Below, piece by piece: positions 60,724-64,000 of a DNA stretch of 64,000 nt. Source of the DNA: Leptolyngbyaceae cyanobacterium (lineage in GTDB: Bacteria > Cyanobacteriota > Cyanobacteriia > Phormidesmidales > Phormidesmidaceae); the NCBI GenBank assembly GCA_050331235.1, contig JBHJHA010000039.1, forward strand, positions 19,651 to 83,650, written 5' to 3'. A program made the translations under genes and the position numbers. The stretch's first letter is position 1. The number at the start of each line of letters is the position of its first letter. Under the pieces are notes generated by a model, which saw nothing but the letters and a program-made list of their open reading frames with translations, did no database searches and had not been told where the DNA came from.

Positions 60724-62547
60724 ATGTTTGACTACCAGGTTGGCGGCAGCCTTGCCGTCGATAATCCTACTTATATCGAGCGGCAGGCCGATCTCGATCT
60801 CTACGCAGCGCTGCTGCGAGGCGAGCTCTGTTATGTCCTTACCAGTCGCCAAATGGGTAAATCCAGTTTGCGGCTCCGGACTCGGCACCGTATCCACCAT
60901 GCGGGCGACGGTCGCTGTGCTTCAGTGGATATGACTCGAATTGGCAGTGAAAACATCACGGCCAATCAATGGTATCAAGGCATTGCCTTTGATTTGCTGC
61001 GGAGTTTGCGACTATATCGTCAGGTTGATTTGTTCACCTGGTGGGTGGAGCAAGGTAATCTGTCGCCGGTGCAAAAACTAGGAAACTTTTTTGAAGACCT
61101 GATTCTGGGATGGTTTCCCGATGAAAAGATTTTCATCTTCATCGACGAAATTGACAGTGTTCAGAGCCTCAAATTCCCCGTCGATGATTTTTTTGCCTTA
61201 GTGCGGTATTTCTACAATCAACGGGTTGAAAATCCAGATTTCCGGCGACTTACTTGGGCGCTGTTTGGGGTAGCGTCTCCGGGCGACTTAATCAGTGATG
61301 CAAAGCGAACTCCGTTCAACGTGGGAACGGCGATCGCCCTCTCCGGTTTTACCTTTGCCGAGGCCTCTCCTTTACTGCCGGGATTGGTGCCTTACGTAGA
61401 GCGTCCTCGCCGTATTCTCACGGCTATCTTGGAATGGACGGATGGTCAACCGTTTCTCACCCAAAAGCTTTGTGATCTAGTACAGCAAGAAGGTGATGCC
61501 AACGGCGACGGAAAGATCGCGATTTCTGTGGGCGAGGAAGGCAATTGGGTGGAGTGGCTAGTGCGTAGCTACATTATTGACCATTGGCAAATTCAGGATG
61601 AGCCAGAGCATTTGCGCACGGTGCAGCGATACTTGCTGCAAGAACCCACTAAGGTCGGCCGACTCTTGGGGCAATACCAAAGCATCTTGATGTCTGAGGA
61701 GGGGGTCGCATTCCAGCGAACAGATGGCTTTGGTGAATTTTCTCCTCTATTGCTATCCGGAATTGTGACTCAGCTGTCAGGGCTCTTACGGGTGAAGAAC
61801 CGCATTTATAGCGAAATTTTTAATCAAACGTGGGTGCAACGACAACTGGCCAACCTTCGGCCCTATACGGCAAATTTAGATGCTTGGGTAAAGTCGAACT
61901 ATCAGGACGAATCCCAGTTGCTCCGTGCCCATAATTTACTCACGGCTCAAGAGTGGAGCCAGGATAAAAGCCTCAGCGATCTGGATTATCAGTTTTTGGC
62001 GGCGTCTCAACTCAGTGAACGTCGTCATCGGGAGCGCCGCATTGTCGAAATCCTCGCGGTGTTGAACTATCGCAGTGGCAAGTTGGAGCCATATTTAGAA
62101 CAGATTGCGATCGCAGTTAGCGAGTTAATCACGCTTGATTGGTCCGTAGTGACGCTGTGTCGAGGTGATGAAGAGCGCATTTTGGCGAGCAGCTTCGATA
62201 TTGGAGAAGCGGCAAACCAAACCTACCGTTTGCACATGACCGTCACTGGCTACGTATTTCAAAACGGGTGCCCCCTAGTGGTAGAAGATACCGAAACCTG
62301 CCAAGATTATGGGGAAGCACCAGAAGAATATCGGTCATACCTGGGTGTTCCACTCCGACTCTCCACCGGGGAGATGGTCGGTACCATTTGCTCGTTTCAC
62401 TCCACTCCTCGCAAGTTTGACGAAGAAGAAGTGCGGCTAGCTGAGATCTTTGCCGAACGAGCGGCCTCAGCAATTGAAAATTACCAGCTATATCAAAAGC
62501 TGCAAGAGATGTACGACACCCTAAAGCAACAGTTGGAAAAGCAATAA
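60724..62547 (+). CDS. AAA-like (AAA_35-type) NTPase with C-terminal GAF domain
   Basis: YQVGGSL..YIERQAD, SRQMGKSS, FIDEID, TPFNVG, GQPFLTQKLC; GAF SYLGVPL..GTIC..PRKF..LAEIFAERAASAIEN. Confidence 0.88.
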   Translation: MFDYQVGGSLAVDNPTYIERQADLDLYAALLRGELCYVLTSRQMGKSSLRLRTRHRIHHAGDGRCASVDMTRIGSENITANQWYQGIAFDLLRSLRLYRQVDLFTWWVEQGNLSPVQKLGNFFEDLILGWFPDEKIFIFIDEIDSVQSLKFPVDDFFALVRYFYNQRVENPDFRRLTWALFGVASPGDLISDAKRTPFNVGTAIALSGFTFAEASPLLPGLVPYVERPRRILTAILEWTDGQPFLTQKLCDLVQQEGDANGDGKIAISVGEEGNWVEWLVRSYIIDHWQIQDEPEHLRTVQRYLLQEPTKVGRLLGQYQSILMSEEGVAFQRTDGFGEFSPLLLSGIVTQLSGLLRVKNRIYSEIFNQTWVQRQLANLRPYTANLDAWVKSNYQDESQLLRAHNLLTAQEWSQDKSLSDLDYQFLAASQLSERRHRERRIVEILAVLNYRSGKLEPYLEQIAIAVSELITLDWSVVTLCRGDEERILASSFDIGEAANQTYRLHMTVTGYVFQNGCPLVVEDTETCQDYGEAPEEYRSYLGVPLRLSTGEMVGTICSFHSTPRKFDEEEVRLAEIFAERAASAIENYQLYQKLQEMYDTLKQQLEKQ

Positions 62548-62661
62548 GAATAGTCACTCGAGCTCTTTTTCACTGATTTGCGATCGTCATTCGTTCTCAA
62601 AGACCGAGATAATTCAAGAACAGAGACGACGTTTGCCTTATGGCGACACGTTCGCTGCTGC

Positions 62662-63152
62662 TCATGTGAAGCTGCTGCTCAATTGGCTCCGATTGGCGAG
62701 ATCATATGCATTCAAAACGCAGGCCAATCGTTCAATGTCCCGCGCAGACATTCCAATGTAGATAGAGAGATAGAGTAATTGCTGAAAAGCCTGTTGAGCT
62801 TCTACAGGCTTTAGCTCAGGACGATTCGCCGGCGGATCAACGACGTATAGACTCGATCCCCCTCGGGTTGCATCAAAGCCCTTACTCCACAAATACTGCA
62901 TCAACTGCTCCGGACATTCACATAGAATTGGAAAAACCCAGTGAGTATGCTCGGATGATTGACTGCCCAAGGGGCGGAGCGATGGTGTCAGCCTGGTCAA
63001 CTGCTCTACCAATCTCATTCGCTGGGCAATTCTATCCGAGTCAAACTGTCTGAGCCGACGTTCCAAAAGTGCCAACAGGGCAGAAGATGGCCTCTGCCGA
63101 ATCCGTGTAAAAAAGTCATCACCTGGAAAGCCGCGAACACTGTTACTAATTA
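62662..63152 (-). pseudogene. 3' remnant of a probable DegT/DnrJ-like PLP-dependent protein gene cut by the IS982 element
   Basis: HTHWVFPI, L..KGFDAT and LLYLSIY..MS..DIERL C-terminal pattern; the first codons of the track ORF lie inside the IS end. Confidence 0.55.
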
Positions 63153-64000
63153 ACGCGAGCTCGGGATAAGAAATGAAGGGGCTGAGTAAGCTGAAACTAG
63201 TCAAAATCTTCAGCTAAGGCCCCTTCCATGAATAGTGTAGAAGAGTTGTTTTGCCATATTGATGATTTCTGTCGCCGCTTTGAACCGCAATGGCGTCAGA
63301 CGTTACTGGGCTATGGTGTGCGGCAACGGAAGCGCCAGCGGTCGATGAGTTTGAGCGAAATCATGACGATTTTGGTCAGCTTCCATCGCGAGTCTTACCG
63401 CAACTTCAAGCATTTCTATCAGAAACAAGTCTGTCGCTACTGGCGAGCCGAGTTTCCAGGACTCCCGACTTACCAGCGTTTCGTCGAGTGGATGCCCGAC
63501 ACCTTGATGCCTCTGTGTGTCTACCTCAAAGACTGCTTCGGCTCCTGTAGCGGCATTAGTTTTATCGATGCGACGGCCTTAAAGGTTGGCCATAACCGTC
63601 GCATCAATCAACATCGAGTCTTTGATGGACTGGCGGCAAGGGGGAAAACTTCTGTGGATTGGTTCTATGGCTTTAAGGTGCATCTGGTGGTCAACGAGTG
63701 CGGGGAACTGTTGAATCTGACCGTGACCCCGGGCAATACAGATGATCGCAAACCGGTACCAGATTTACTCAGTAGCCGGTTTGGCAAAGTCTTTGCCGAC
63801 CGCGGTTATGTCTCCCAACCACTGGCCCAAAAACTGTTGCAGGGCTTTGGCATTGAGTTCTTCGCCAAGCCCAAGCGGAACATGAAAAATAGGCTGATGC
63901 GGCTGACGGACAAGCTCTTGGCCCGAAAGCGCGCCATCATTGAAACCGTGATTGACCAACTGAAAAATATTTCGCAAATTGAGCATTCCCGGCACCGCAG
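63153..64000 (+). mobile_element. IS982-family insertion sequence (left end in window, right end beyond it)
   Basis: Putative left IR ACGCGAGCTCGGGATAAG from about 63153, followed by the transposase gene. Confidence 0.88.
63228..64000 (+). CDS. IS982-family DDE transposase (partial; absent from the ORF track because there is no stop in the window)
   Basis: Manual translation: MNSVEELFCHIDDFC...SLSEIMTI...YQRFVE...FIDAT...WFYGFKVHL...GNTDDR...ADRGY...KRAIIETVIDQLKN..QIEHSRHR. Confidence 0.93.
   Translation, partial: MNSVEELFCHIDDFCRRFEPQWRQTLLGYGVRQRKRQRSMSLSEIMTILVSFHRESYRNFKHFYQKQVCRYWRAEFPGLPTYQRFVEWMPDTLMPLCVYLKDCFGSCSGISFIDATALKVGHNRRINQHRVFDGLAARGKTSVDWFYGFKVHLVVNECGELLNLTVTPGNTDDRKPVPDLLSSRFGKVFADRGYVSQPLAQKLLQGFGIEFFAKPKRNMKNRLMRLTDKLLARKRAIIETVIDQLKNISQIEHSRHR

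Larger units (their letters stand above)
1..64000. repeat. HIP1 octamer GCGATCGC dispersed at high density
   Basis: Many copies, e.g. 2086-2093 and 2742-2749; not counted exactly; none seen in the IS982 segment. Confidence 0.95.

Noticed and set aside
1..64000. Most short or overlapping ORFs in the six-frame track (e.g. 1588-1878, 20042-20572, 25947-26342, 5456-5890)
   Set aside because: Antisense or out-of-frame shadows of well-supported genes, with no recognisable motifs
1..64000. CRISPR array, tRNA, rRNA
   Set aside because: No regularly spaced repeat-spacer series or recognisable structural RNA seen by eye; the two tandem repeats have only two copies and no spacers. A covariance-model scan was not run.

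Overview
Chromosomal window from a cyanobacterium. The HIP1 octamer GCGATCGC is dense throughout, and pxcA, patD, a hetR homologue and phycobiliprotein-fold genes suggest a filamentous, probably non-heterocystous lineage (inference). Most of the window is core or housekeeping genes: TolC, uppP, glgA, mgtE, glgX, pxcA, rel, rbsK, ilvE, gpmI, secG, lptC, metG and uvrC. Signalling genes include two class III nucleotide cyclases, two Ser/Thr kinases, a MocR regulator and an AAA+GAF protein. The most notable region is 40-48 kb. It holds a rearranged V4R / phycobiliprotein-fold / kinase operon resembling Synechocystis slr0144-slr0152 but lacking ferredoxins. Its second V4R gene carries two in-frame TGA codons 13 codons apart with no frameshift, and a divergent HetR homologue lies nearby. 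A frameshifted Uma2 pseudogene lies at about 58 kb, and an IS982-family element truncating an aminotransferase-like gene ends the window. No rRNA, tRNA or CRISPR array was seen. All family calls come from motif recognition by eye; no database search was run.
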